From a virus: a DNA stretch of 52,514 nt. The number at the start of each line of letters is the position of its first letter. Position 1 is the stretch's first letter. Below the pieces are notes generated by a model. It was not told where the DNA came from, made no database searches, and was given only the letters and a program-made list of their open reading frames with translations. The DNA lies in the IMG/VR virus record IMGVR_UViG_3300045988_014767, positions 1 through 52,514 of that record. One strand, 5' to 3'. This document shows positions 42,808-51,584 of this stretch, one piece after another. The translations under genes and the position numbers were made by a program.

Positions 42808-43359
42808 TCATTCTTTCAACTCACACTTAAAGCCACGGTCTTGCAACTCGCTTAAAAGCATGGATAATTGGGACACATCCCCACACTCAACAATCAACCT
42901 TGTGGAAATCTCCTTTTTGGTTTGTTCCTCTTCCTCGTTGTCGGGTTCTTCCATTGACACATCCACACCCCAATCATCCGGGTTGAAATCAAATTTGGTT
43001 GCCATTTCCGCAATCATCTTTTCATCCCATGAAAGGTTTGCTTTGCCCGTGGCATTATCGGCAAGGGCAAGTTCACGCCCCTTTGATGTGTCAAGGTCAA
43101 TATCCTTTCTCTTAACCGCCACAAGCTGGTTGCCATCCACTTCAACCACCAACACATCCGTAAATCCTATGTCGGCGGCTTTCTCTGCCGTTTTGTTGCC
43201 CGCAATGATACGGTTGTTTTTGTCAATCAAAATGGAACGCCCCAATCCGAAACGCCGCAAGGATTCATCCATCAGCCTATCGCCATACTCCGTGCCTTTG
43301 TTGAAATTCTTGTTGTCAGGAACAAGGCTTTCAATACTCGTTTCAATTATCCTTGCCAT
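42808..43359 (-). CDS. ParB N-terminal domain (ParB-like nuclease) protein
   Basis: SILIDKNNRIIAGNKTAEKAADIGF resembles the ParB/Srx fold motif. Confidence 0.6.
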   Translation of the reverse strand: MARIIETSIESLVPDNKNFNKGTEYGDRLMDESLRRFGLGRSILIDKNNRIIAGNKTAEKAADIGFTDVLVVEVDGNQLVAVKRKDIDLDTSKGRELALADNATGKANLSWDEKMIAEMATKFDFNPDDWGVDVSMEEPDNEEEEQTKKEISTRLIVECGDVSQLSMLLSELQDRGFKCELKE

Positions 43360-43362
43360 ATC

Positions 43363-43938
43363 CTACATGATTAAATGAAACAAACGCATGATGCCGATGG
43401 AAAGCGTTGCACCACATAAAGCACCTATTAAAGTGCAAACGAAATCTATAAGTTCAACCGTACCATGTCCTTTGCCATCCCACCATTCCTTGATTGCCCC
43501 GGCAAGGCAACCGATGGTAAAACCCCATTGCCATCCCAAAAGACAACCGAAAAACAAACCTATTAAAGCACCGACAAGGCAATGTTTGCGTTTGTCGGGC
43601 TGTTTCGTGGCTTCTGCAAGGCTTTTGCCTATCTCTGCAATACTTTCACCCACTTCAAGCAAAAACGCCTTGATTTGGGCTTTTATGGGGGCTTTTTCAA
43701 ACACCCTTTCACCTGTTACGAACACGGGCGGTTGTGTCTTGCCGGACAATACGCCCAACCACACATTACCACCCAACAAAATTTTGATGCGTTCCTTGAT
43801 GGTGGGTTTCCAACAAGAAACACATTGTTTGCCATCATTCCACACGGGCAATGATTGGCATTCACTTTCCGACATCGTGCCGGGGCGTTGCAATACCTTT
43901 GTGGATTGCGGAAAATCAATTGGTTTCATATTTTTCAA
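43363..43938 (-). CDS. Hypothetical protein with C-terminal glycine-zipper membrane region
   Basis: GALIGLFFGCLLGWQWGFTIGCLAGAI and LIGALCGATLSIGI segments. Confidence 0.55.
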   Translation of the reverse strand: MKNMKPIDFPQSTKVLQRPGTMSESECQSLPVWNDGKQCVSCWKPTIKERIKILLGGNVWLGVLSGKTQPPVFVTGERVFEKAPIKAQIKAFLLEVGESIAEIGKSLAEATKQPDKRKHCLVGALIGLFFGCLLGWQWGFTIGCLAGAIKEWWDGKGHGTVELIDFVCTLIGALCGATLSIGIMRLFHLIM

Positions 43939-43948
43939 ACTTGATTAA

Positions 43949-43963
43949 ATGCAATTGCATTGC
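43949..43963. promoter_or_regulatory. 15-mer ATGCAATTGCATTGC, copy 2
   Basis: 10 nt upstream of the ATG at 43938. Shares one base (43963) with the adjacent minus-strand TAACTTTG box. Confidence 0.6.
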
Positions 43964-43970
43964 AAAGTTA
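43963..43970 (-). promoter_or_regulatory. Minus-strand -7 box TAACTTTG
   Basis: CAAAGTTA on the plus strand. Confidence 0.45.
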
Positions 43971-43998
43971 AGGGGTGTATTACAATAACACACCCCTT
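43970..43998 (-). terminator. Stem-loop after the RuvC-like gene (9-bp stem AAGGGGTGT/ACACCCCTT)
   Basis: Perfect 9-bp stem with an 11-nt loop, followed by a T-rich stretch on the minus strand. Confidence 0.45.
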
Positions 43999-44021
43999 GA
44001 CACACGAAAGATATACAAAAG

Positions 44022-44540
44022 TTATCCACCTGCCTTGATGCGGATGGGCAACCCTGCAAATGTCCACGCAAGCAATGCGGCATCCCTTGCATCTTGGTTT
44101 GTCCTGCCCATGATACCCGTGAATGATGCCAATTCCTCATGGGTAATCTTGCGGTCTTTGCCTTTCCAACACTTCACCAATGGGATGTGTGGCAAAACCT
44201 CAATGCCATAATGCTCGCACATTTCGATGATTTTACGCCCTGTTTCATGGTTTGCACCCACATCCTTTGCAATCTTTTCGGCTTGCTTTCCTTGGGCTTC
44301 ATGGAAACATGATTTGGCGTTCATCCATCCGGCTTCAACAACGACAATCAAGGATTCTTGCGTTTCTCCGCTCTTGCTCTTTGCGTGCTGCAAGTAATCA
44401 AGCAACAATGGGAATGCAAGGTTTGACACCTCCAATTGCCGTGTTGATGGTTTCAGGTATGCCACCCCGGACTTTTCCTTGTCGGGGTCAATAGCAATGA
44501 TATTGTCGTATCTGTTAGAACGGTAAACCATCATCACCAT
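44022..44540 (-). CDS. RuvC-like Holliday junction resolvase
   Basis: IIAIDPDKEKSG, VVVEAGW and NQDARDAALLAW acidic blocks. Start trimmed to MVMMVY. Confidence 0.5.
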   Translation of the reverse strand: MVMMVYRSNRYDNIIAIDPDKEKSGVAYLKPSTRQLEVSNLAFPLLLDYLQHAKSKSGETQESLIVVVEAGWMNAKSCFHEAQGKQAEKIAKDVGANHETGRKIIEMCEHYGIEVLPHIPLVKCWKGKDRKITHEELASFTGIMGRTNQDARDAALLAWTFAGLPIRIKAGG

Positions 44541-44913
44541 TGCTTGATTGTTGTTGCTGTTGGTTAGTTGCCGCTTGCTGCTGGGCGTTGTCATCCCCCT
44601 TGATGCCGCAAAGCTGCACTTCACTTGCATTGCAATTCACCGCCACTTGCCAATGGTTGTTCTTGTCTTGGTATTGCTTCAAGGACATACGCCCACGAAC
44701 AAACACCTTGCAACCTTTTTTCAGATAAGCGGTCAATCCACCGCCATCACCATACCAAAGGACGGACACCCATGTTGTTGATTCTATGGTTGTGCCGTTG
44801 GCATCCTTTCGCCTTTCAGAATGTGCCACGTTGAATGCCACATACTTCTTACCGCTAAACTCTTTGATTTCGGCATCCGTGCCGATGTTGCCAATTACTT
44901 CAATTTGTAACAT
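44515..44913 (-). CDS. ssb: Single-stranded DNA-binding protein
   Basis: OB-fold N-terminus, Q-rich linker, and acidic tip DDGLPF. Confidence 0.85.
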   Translation of the reverse strand: MLQIEVIGNIGTDAEIKEFSGKKYVAFNVAHSERRKDANGTTIESTTWVSVLWYGDGGGLTAYLKKGCKVFVRGRMSLKQYQDKNNHWQVAVNCNASEVQLCGIKGDDNAQQQAATNQQQQQSSNGDDGLPF

Positions 44914-44915
44914 GA

Positions 44916-45134
44916 TTATCTTTTATTTAAGTTATCATCTATGAACCCAACTTCCGTTCCAACGTAAATTCCACGGCGGAACATCGCTTCAAGTTCTTCT
45001 TCATTCTCAATCTCTGCTTCGGTGTCATCATCATACAAGGCATACAATGTTTGTTCGCCGAATAATTGTTTCGCTTCCGCTTCTGTGCGCACGTGCCACA
45101 CAAAGCCATCATCGTTAATCTTAACACGTTTCAT
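44916..45134 (-). CDS. Hypothetical protein (72 aa)
   Basis: Co-oriented ORF. The 15-mer lies 17 nt upstream. Confidence 0.5.
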   Translation of the reverse strand: MKRVKINDDGFVWHVRTEAEAKQLFGEQTLYALYDDDTEAEIENEEELEAMFRRGIYVGTEVGFIDDNLNKR

Positions 45135-45151
45135 GTTGCTTTGCTTTTGTT

Positions 45152-45166
45152 ATGCAATTGCATTGC
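45152..45166. promoter_or_regulatory. 15-mer ATGCAATTGCATTGC, copy 3
   Basis: Exact copy in the 38-nt gap between the MazG-like gene and the 72-aa gene. Confidence 0.6.
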
Positions 45167-45172
45167 ATTTGG

Positions 45173-45697
45173 TTAATACTTTTTGCCATGCCGGATTGGG
45201 CGCATGATGTTATAACGCATCTTCGCTTCAATGTAGGCGGCAAGGTCAATGCCATTGTAATGCGCCCAATTGAAAACGTAATCAAGTCCGAATTGAATAC
45301 GCTTTTCAATACCGATTGCATCCTTGGATAATCCCTTGCACAAGGCAAAGGCATTTTCCGTGAATGAAAACTTGCCGAAAGCCCGGTAATATCGGCAAGG
45401 CTGCATCTTGGTGAAATCAACGCCCAACGCTCCGGCAAGGTCTGCAAGGCGGATGGCAACATCTGCCAATTCATCTTCAACACTGCTTTTGATGAACTGT
45501 TCAAATCCGGCTTGTTTGTTCGGCATCTTGGCATACCCATCATAATCGGCGTGATTGCCCTTTCTGTCTGCTTCCACGGCTTCGCATACTTCCGTGAGAA
45601 CAAGGCACAAGCAATGTTCATTGCTCAATTTACGTTCCCAAAATCCGTGTTTTACGGCATTTTCATGGGCTTTGGTTGCTAAATCATTGTAATTCAT
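45173..45697 (-). CDS. MazG-like nucleoside triphosphate pyrophosphohydrolase
   Basis: LTEVCEAVEA and ELADVAIRLADLA acidic helices. Start at MNYNDL. Confidence 0.55.
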   Translation of the reverse strand: MNYNDLATKAHENAVKHGFWERKLSNEHCLCLVLTEVCEAVEADRKGNHADYDGYAKMPNKQAGFEQFIKSSVEDELADVAIRLADLAGALGVDFTKMQPCRYYRAFGKFSFTENAFALCKGLSKDAIGIEKRIQFGLDYVFNWAHYNGIDLAAYIEAKMRYNIMRPIRHGKKY

Positions 45698-45738
45698 TTT
45701 GTGAAATCTTCTTTTTTTGTTATACATATACCCGGTAT

Positions 45739-46824
45739 TTAATCGTTTGTTACTTCAAATTCTATCTTGGAAAGGTTATTGGCGAATATCTTACCGCACA
45801 AATCAAGGTTGGCATTGGTTTCCAACTTGAAATCTGCCGGGAAATACTGCATCATCAACTTTTCAAGGGCTATCATTTGGGGATTGTCGATTGATTGGCT
45901 TCTCCCCATCTTGGCGGCAATAACGGCATCCATGCGCTTGTTGTGTGCTTTCAAGTATCGCACCATCAGCACGGCAATGGCTGCATCTGTCCGCATTATA
46001 TCATGTGGCATTTCGGGGGCGTGGCTCTTGATGTATTGGTTTACTTGATACCAAAGAATGGTCAAGTGATAATTGCATTCATCCATGAATTGCAAGGTTT
46101 GTGATTCAATACGGTGGATGTGCGTAAAATCAAGGTCAAGGCGTAACACATCAAGATATTTTTGCCGCAACTCCTTGATTGAACGCCCCAACTTCTTGAA
46201 CTCTGAAATCCGATTGTCCGCACAATACTTCAAAGCCTTTTCAGCATATACCCATGCAACCTTTGAAATGATAAGCGGTACAAAGGCAATCATCATGTTT
46301 TCTTCCCATGTGAACGTGTCAAGCATGGTTTGGGCATCCCTGCGGGCAAGTTCCTTGAATCTGGCTTCACTCATCGGGGCTTGCACATTCTTGATTGCAT
46401 TGCCAACATTCGGGGCAATCTCATTGTTCCAAATGGTATCAAACATCCTTTTTTCTGCTGCTTTTATTTCAGCATCCGAAAAAGTTTGTGTCACTTCCTT
46501 TTTCGGGGCTTCCTGTTTCGGTTGCTCAATAGGTTTGCCCTTGGCGAACTCATGGGCATCAATAACCGGGGCATCAACGCAAGAAATGATTGTTTCCTTT
46601 GGCTTCATAAGGGGGCAAACATCAACCCCCTTAACCAATTTCACGCTTCTTTCGTTTATCTGCCAAAGCCCCTTTTGTTGGCATTCCATATCACGTTGCA
46701 AGGCACACTTGTAAAACGTTGCTTTGGATGTGTTAATGGCTTTCGTGCATCTGCAACAATTCTTTTCTTGCCATAACATCATTTGTATGTCATTGGCAAA
46801 TATGCGTTCCGTTGTCGCTTTCAT
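45739..46824 (-). CDS. Hypothetical protein (361 aa) with Cys-rich N-terminus
   Basis: Long co-oriented ORF. No family recognised. Confidence 0.6.
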   Translation of the reverse strand: MKATTERIFANDIQMMLWQEKNCCRCTKAINTSKATFYKCALQRDMECQQKGLWQINERSVKLVKGVDVCPLMKPKETIISCVDAPVIDAHEFAKGKPIEQPKQEAPKKEVTQTFSDAEIKAAEKRMFDTIWNNEIAPNVGNAIKNVQAPMSEARFKELARRDAQTMLDTFTWEENMMIAFVPLIISKVAWVYAEKALKYCADNRISEFKKLGRSIKELRQKYLDVLRLDLDFTHIHRIESQTLQFMDECNYHLTILWYQVNQYIKSHAPEMPHDIMRTDAAIAVLMVRYLKAHNKRMDAVIAAKMGRSQSIDNPQMIALEKLMMQYFPADFKLETNANLDLCGKIFANNLSKIEFEVTND

Positions 46825-46825
46825 A

Positions 46826-46987
46826 TCAGAATGCTATATTATAGTTCTTGCCCTTTAAGGATGGGCGTTTTTCCTCCACGAACTTTGCAATGTCCTCCGG
46901 GGTAATGGGGAACAAAGGGCAATATCTGTATTTCATGGTGCATACAAACCGCCCATTCAACATGACATCAAAAATCAAATCTTTCAT
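46826..46987 (-). CDS. Hypothetical protein (53 aa)
   Basis: Start trimmed to MKDLIF after the methyltransferase stop. Confidence 0.4.
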   Translation of the reverse strand: MKDLIFDVMLNGRFVCTMKYRYCPLFPITPEDIAKFVEEKRPSLKGKNYNIAF

Positions 46988-47006
46988 TGTTGCGAATGTT
47001 TTTGTT

Positions 47007-47771
47007 TTAGAATAAACTTGGTTGAATTGGTTGGGACAAAACCTTTTCGTTTGCCGCCTTGAAAAACTCTTTCTTGATTTCAAATCCATACGCACGCCGC
47101 CCAAGTTCCATTGCGGCAAATAGCGTTGAACCACTCCCGGCACATGGGTCAATGACCACATCGCCGGGGTCAGTGAAAATCCTTATCAGGTATTCAAGCA
47201 ACGGCACGGGCTTTTGTGTCGGGTGTATCTTCGGGGTTCTATTGTCACGCATCCAATCTATGCAATTGAACACCATACCCCCCCCAACTGCATCATTGTT
47301 GAACTTGGGCAACTTGTCCCGGTAAAGCAAAACGCCATATTCACAATTTCCCACAATCTTCATGTTCGCTTTAAGGACTTGTGCCGAAAAGTTCTTGCGG
47401 AATACAAGATTGATGTAATGGTTGAACCCATACCGTTTTCCAAGTTCAATGTATTTGAATTGTTGCTCAAACTCGCAAAACACAATCATGCAAGGTGATT
47501 TCCCGGATTCCTTGGGTTCTTTCACAAGCATTTGTGAACAAAAGTGCATAAATTCAGCCGGGCGAAAATCCTTGTCCGTGTCAAAAAATTCCTTTCCTGC
47601 CTTGTCGGATTCGCCATTCTTGTTATCACCTCCAACGTACCATGATGGGTTGGATGCGTATGCGTTCACGCCCAAATTATAGGGCGGGTCTGCAATTATC
47701 AATTGTGCCTTTGGTATTCCATAAACCTTAAAGTTTTGGAAATGGTCATTGAATAATTCTACTTGCTTCAT
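47007..47771 (-). CDS. N6-adenine/N4-cytosine DNA methyltransferase (beta class), orphan
   Basis: IIADPPYNLG (motif IV) precedes DPCAGSGSTLFAAMELGR (motif I). Confidence 0.8.
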   Translation of the reverse strand: MKQVELFNDHFQNFKVYGIPKAQLIIADPPYNLGVNAYASNPSWYVGGDNKNGESDKAGKEFFDTDKDFRPAEFMHFCSQMLVKEPKESGKSPCMIVFCEFEQQFKYIELGKRYGFNHYINLVFRKNFSAQVLKANMKIVGNCEYGVLLYRDKLPKFNNDAVGGGMVFNCIDWMRDNRTPKIHPTQKPVPLLEYLIRIFTDPGDVVIDPCAGSGSTLFAAMELGRRAYGFEIKKEFFKAANEKVLSQPIQPSLF

Positions 47772-47784
47772 TGTTAATCATTTT

Positions 47785-47801
47785 GTTTTATAGTAATACA
47801 C
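47785..47801 (-). promoter_or_regulatory. Recurrent 17-mer GTGTATTACTATAAAAC, copy 4
   Basis: Sense orientation, 13 nt upstream of the ATG at 47771. Confidence 0.5.
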
Positions 47802-47807
47802 TTATCG

Positions 47808-48878
47808 CTAAATTTTTGATAACCAATAATCATAAATGCGGCTTGCCACTTGTGCCATCATAACGGGTGGAACACTCATACCACACACATAATGCGGTTG
47901 TTGCCCTGAAAAGTCGTAATCCTGTGGGAATGATGAAATGCAACATACTTCGCTTTGCCCAAGATACAACGGCTTATCAAAATGTATCAAACACGTTTTC
48001 TTGCTTGCAAGGGTGGGGCATATCTTATCGGTGTACACATACGCTTGATTAAAGTTTGAACCTTTGCCATACAAGCGGAAATTGGCATCACCTTGGTTGG
48101 TATCTCCATATTGTCGGTTTTCCCACAATGTACGCACCACCTTGGAATTGACTTCATCACCTGAATAATCCGCCACTTCACGGAACAATATAGGCTTTTC
48201 GTTGAACTCCATTTCAATGCGTGGTGTCATGTCAAACAATCCATCTTGCACCAACACCGGGGATGCGATGTCCTTACGCAAGCAAAGGAAAAAGACACGT
48301 TCACGCCTTTGGGGAACACCCATTTGTTGTGCATCAAGCAAGAAATGCTTAACGTAATACCCGGCATCCTCAAAGCCTTGGTAAATACGCCTTACATAAT
48401 CCTTGGCGTTGCCCAACACAAGCCCTTTCACGTTTTCAGCAACAACCACTTTGGGTTGCAACTTCTTGGCAAGGTCAATAAAATCAAAGAACAACGTATC
48501 AAGCACCTGTTCGGCTTGTCCCTCACGAAAATGCTTCAACTTCCCCCAAGCATCTTCCCGGCTTCCTGCCATGCTGAATGTGGAACAAGGGGGCGAACCA
48601 TCGAGGATGTCAAGGTTGAACAACTCCGGAGGCAAATCCTGCCTTTCCTTGAATGTTTGGATTGGTTCAAGGAATGGGAAACGTGGATTATTGTTTTGGC
48701 AATACGTGTACATCATGCGGTGGTCTATCTCATTGCATCCGATAACATCAAAGCCCGCAAGTTTGTAACCCATCGAACAGCCCCCCCCACAAGCAAAGCA
48801 AGAAAACACCTTGCCTTTGTCTTTGGTAAAGTTGGCATCCGCCAATTTCCATCGGTAATCAAATTTGTGTGTGTTCAT
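47808..48878 (-). CDS. dcm: DNA cytosine-5 methyltransferase, orphan
   Basis: FSCFACGGG (I), GSPPCSTFS (IV), ENVKGL (VI), QRRERVFF (VIII). Confidence 0.85.
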   Translation of the reverse strand: MNTHKFDYRWKLADANFTKDKGKVFSCFACGGGCSMGYKLAGFDVIGCNEIDHRMMYTYCQNNNPRFPFLEPIQTFKERQDLPPELFNLDILDGSPPCSTFSMAGSREDAWGKLKHFREGQAEQVLDTLFFDFIDLAKKLQPKVVVAENVKGLVLGNAKDYVRRIYQGFEDAGYYVKHFLLDAQQMGVPQRRERVFFLCLRKDIASPVLVQDGLFDMTPRIEMEFNEKPILFREVADYSGDEVNSKVVRTLWENRQYGDTNQGDANFRLYGKGSNFNQAYVYTDKICPTLASKKTCLIHFDKPLYLGQSEVCCISSFPQDYDFSGQQPHYVCGMSVPPVMMAQVASRIYDYWLSKI

Positions 48879-49444
48879 ACTCTCTTTGCCACGATGTCAA
48901 ACACCGCCTTTGTTAGTTCAATGTCATATAACGCATTATGCAATGAATCACCATCCACCTGAACACCAAGGGTTGCGGCGACTGTGGATAACTTGAAATT
49001 CTCCATGTCCGAGCGAATGTCCAAAAGATAATTCGTTGCAAGTACCATTACATCCAAAGTATTTGCCCAAAACCACGAACCAAAGTATTTGTCGGCATTC
49101 TGCAAGAAAAAGCCACGCAAGAACTGGTTATCAAAGGCGGCATTATTGTACCCGACCAAAAAGAACTTGTCCTTTTTGTTGAACTTGTCCACATACTTGC
49201 CGAGCATTGCGACAAATTGGGCATACACTGTTGCCATCGGTGGATATTGGGCGATTTGTTCACGGGTGACACCTGCAACCGCCAACGCTTCATCCTCAAT
49301 GATTGCCTTGGGGTTTGGCTGCACATGGAAATCAAAGGATTCTTTCACGATGCCATCAATCACTATTTGCCCGGATATTTGGTGGATTCCGTGCTTTCCG
49401 GGGTTTGTCCCGGTTGTTTCCAAATCAAAGAATAATAATTTCAT
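48875..49444 (-). CDS. DEDDh 3'-5' exonuclease (DnaQ-like)
   Basis: FFDLETTG (Exo I), GYNNAAFDNQFL (Exo II), HNALYDIELT (Exo III). Confidence 0.75.
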   Translation of the reverse strand: MKLLFFDLETTGTNPGKHGIHQISGQIVIDGIVKESFDFHVQPNPKAIIEDEALAVAGVTREQIAQYPPMATVYAQFVAMLGKYVDKFNKKDKFFLVGYNNAAFDNQFLRGFFLQNADKYFGSWFWANTLDVMVLATNYLLDIRSDMENFKLSTVAATLGVQVDGDSLHNALYDIELTKAVFDIVAKRV

Positions 49445-50034
49445 TTTGTAGATGTATTTAATATATTATTTACTCTCGTTGCCAACTCTCTGAATTGCAC
49501 ATTGAAACGGAAATCATCTTCGTACTTCCGCAATAAATGCAACATGGATGAATGGTCACGATGCACATATTTGGCAATCTTTGTCAGCTTCATTTTCATC
49601 GCCCGGCAATGGTAAACGAAAATCATGCGTGCATAAAACCCATCACGCTTGCGGCTCTTGGTAATGTAATCCGAAAACTTTAACCCGGTTACTTCGTGGA
49701 TTGCGTTCTGAATACGCATCACCTTGGCATTGTCACGAACAATGTTGCTTTCAAACCAAATATCCTTGCCCGTGCGCATGGCAATGTCATATTCTATTCC
49801 TGCACCTGTTGAATCCATCCAATTATCCATCATATAGATGGCATCACATGACAAAAGCAATTCAATATCCTTAACCATGTGTTGTTCCCAAGGTGCATCA
49901 TCCGGCAATCCCTTTTCCAAAGGGTTCACGGCTTCAAAACCGATTTCATCAAGGAATGCTTTTGCATCGGCAAATCTTACCTTGACATCATCTAATGGCA
50001 AACCGCTTATCTTGCCCGAAATATATATCCTCAT
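49441..50034 (-). CDS. Fusion of a DUF4406 (nucleoside 2-deoxyribosyltransferase-like) domain and a DnaA domain-IV-like HTH
   Basis: N-terminus MRIYISGKISG...CDAIYMMDNW..S.GAGIEYDIA. C-terminus SRKRDGFYARMIFVYHCRAMKMKLTKIAKYVHRDHSSMLHLLRK. Confidence 0.6.
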   Translation of the reverse strand: MRIYISGKISGLPLDDVKVRFADAKAFLDEIGFEAVNPLEKGLPDDAPWEQHMVKDIELLLSCDAIYMMDNWMDSTGAGIEYDIAMRTGKDIWFESNIVRDNAKVMRIQNAIHEVTGLKFSDYITKSRKRDGFYARMIFVYHCRAMKMKLTKIAKYVHRDHSSMLHLLRKYEDDFRFNVQFRELATRVNNILNTSTK

Positions 50035-50813
50035 AATGTTTGCCCTTTCTGCTGCTTGAACAAGAACTTGTTGATGAAATACTCCTTGCCCTTTCCCGTT
50101 ACCATCGTGCGTGTTGTTGTCATCACTTCATCGGTTTTGGGATTTGTCCACGTTTGCGGCTTCAACTCAAACAACCCCATGTCAAGGGCTTTTTGTGTCG
50201 GTTGGTTTCTTGCTGTGCCTACGCTGCACAAGTAATCATTATCACGCAACCATTGGAAAAGCCGGATTTCGCCCATGTCCACGCCATTTTGTTTTAACAA
50301 CTTGGCAAGTTCATCAATCCCACATGATGATGGTGAATTGATGATTGCGGTTGCAAATGCCACCTTGGGGGCTTGGGCTTCAAGCTGCTTTTGCTGGGCT
50401 TCGATTGTTTCCGCTTGCTCTGCCGCCAATCGCAACGCTTGGGCAAATGTTTGTGGTATTGCCGGGGTTGCTGGGGTAAGTTCCTTGATTGCTTGTTCCA
50501 TGCGGTTGAACTGTTCAATGAATGCCACCTTGAATGCCATTGCCTTTTCCCCGGTCAATGACATGGTGAGCAATGAAAACCCATCACGGTTCATCAGGAA
50601 CATGGGTTGCCGCTTACCTTGGGCATCCGTGTATGTGGTTTCGGCAAACCATTTTTGGTTGGCTAAATTTTGAGCCGACCCCAAAATGTTACGGATTGAC
50701 TTCATAACATTCTTGTGTTGTTTCTCAAACACCCTTGCAACCTTAACCGAATCAGTTACGGGCGTTCCTCTGTTTGTCTTATAGACAACTTCGGCTTGGA
50801 TAATGTCGTTCAT
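50031..50813 (-). CDS. Rha-family regulatory protein with KilAC domain (second antirepressor-type protein)
   Basis: TDSVKVARVFEKQHKNVMKSIRN (Rha) and RLFQWLRDNDYLCSVGTARNQPTQKALDMGLFELK (KilAC). Confidence 0.75.
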   Translation of the reverse strand: MNDIIQAEVVYKTNRGTPVTDSVKVARVFEKQHKNVMKSIRNILGSAQNLANQKWFAETTYTDAQGKRQPMFLMNRDGFSLLTMSLTGEKAMAFKVAFIEQFNRMEQAIKELTPATPAIPQTFAQALRLAAEQAETIEAQQKQLEAQAPKVAFATAIINSPSSCGIDELAKLLKQNGVDMGEIRLFQWLRDNDYLCSVGTARNQPTQKALDMGLFELKPQTWTNPKTDEVMTTTRTMVTGKGKEYFINKFLFKQQKGQTL

Positions 50814-50834
50814 ATATCAAATTTTAGTTAGTGT

Positions 50835-51584
50835 TTATAATTTGCGGCGGTCTTTGCCTTTTATCTCAAAATAGTTGCACATTTCAACAAGGCGGCTTGC
50901 CACCCTATCGCCGTACCTATCAATCAGAATATCACCATTTATGCGCAAGTTGGATGTTATGAATGTCATTTCATCCTGCTTGTCCCCACGGTATTCAATC
51001 AGGTTACGCACCACATCAAGGCGGTTGCCCATGTACAAGGATTCTTGGGGTTCATTTCCGAAGTCTTGGATGCCCAACATGGCTTGTTTCTTATACTCCA
51101 TGATGCTGCCTTTCTCCGCCCACACATCACACAAGGCATCAGCCCTTACCGTGCGCCACCAAAGGGGGCGTGGTTCTGTATCATCACCCCAAAGAACCTT
51201 GAAATTCCATGCCGCACAATATGCGTGCATGATTTCCAAACACCATGATTTGCCCGAACCCGTGTTGCCCGCAATGTAGATGCCACGGTTCAACCTGCCC
51301 GGAACAATTTGCCGTGAAATCGGGTCAATGCACTTCATCGTACCATCCCCATGCGCCCACTTGATAAAATTCTCATAGGCAAAGTGGTTTTCATCATCAA
51401 TCACAAACGCCGGATTGCGGCTTTTGCCGATTGCTTCCACAATCTTCAAGGCTTCCACCACATCATATTGCGTGTATTGATAACGCTTGAACCCGGTGAA
51501 CATCCCACGGCGTTCAATTGCTGTCAATACCTGTGCGATTGATGGCATTGCCACTTTCTTATTGTCGTTGTTCTGTGTTACCAT
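50835..51584 (-). CDS. DnaC/IstB-like ATPase (helicase loader candidate)
   Basis: Walker A GNTGSGKS. Located downstream of the replisome organizer. Confidence 0.55.
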   Translation of the reverse strand: MVTQNNDNKKVAMPSIAQVLTAIERRGMFTGFKRYQYTQYDVVEALKIVEAIGKSRNPAFVIDDENHFAYENFIKWAHGDGTMKCIDPISRQIVPGRLNRGIYIAGNTGSGKSWCLEIMHAYCAAWNFKVLWGDDTEPRPLWWRTVRADALCDVWAEKGSIMEYKKQAMLGIQDFGNEPQESLYMGNRLDVVRNLIEYRGDKQDEMTFITSNLRINGDILIDRYGDRVASRLVEMCNYFEIKGKDRRKL

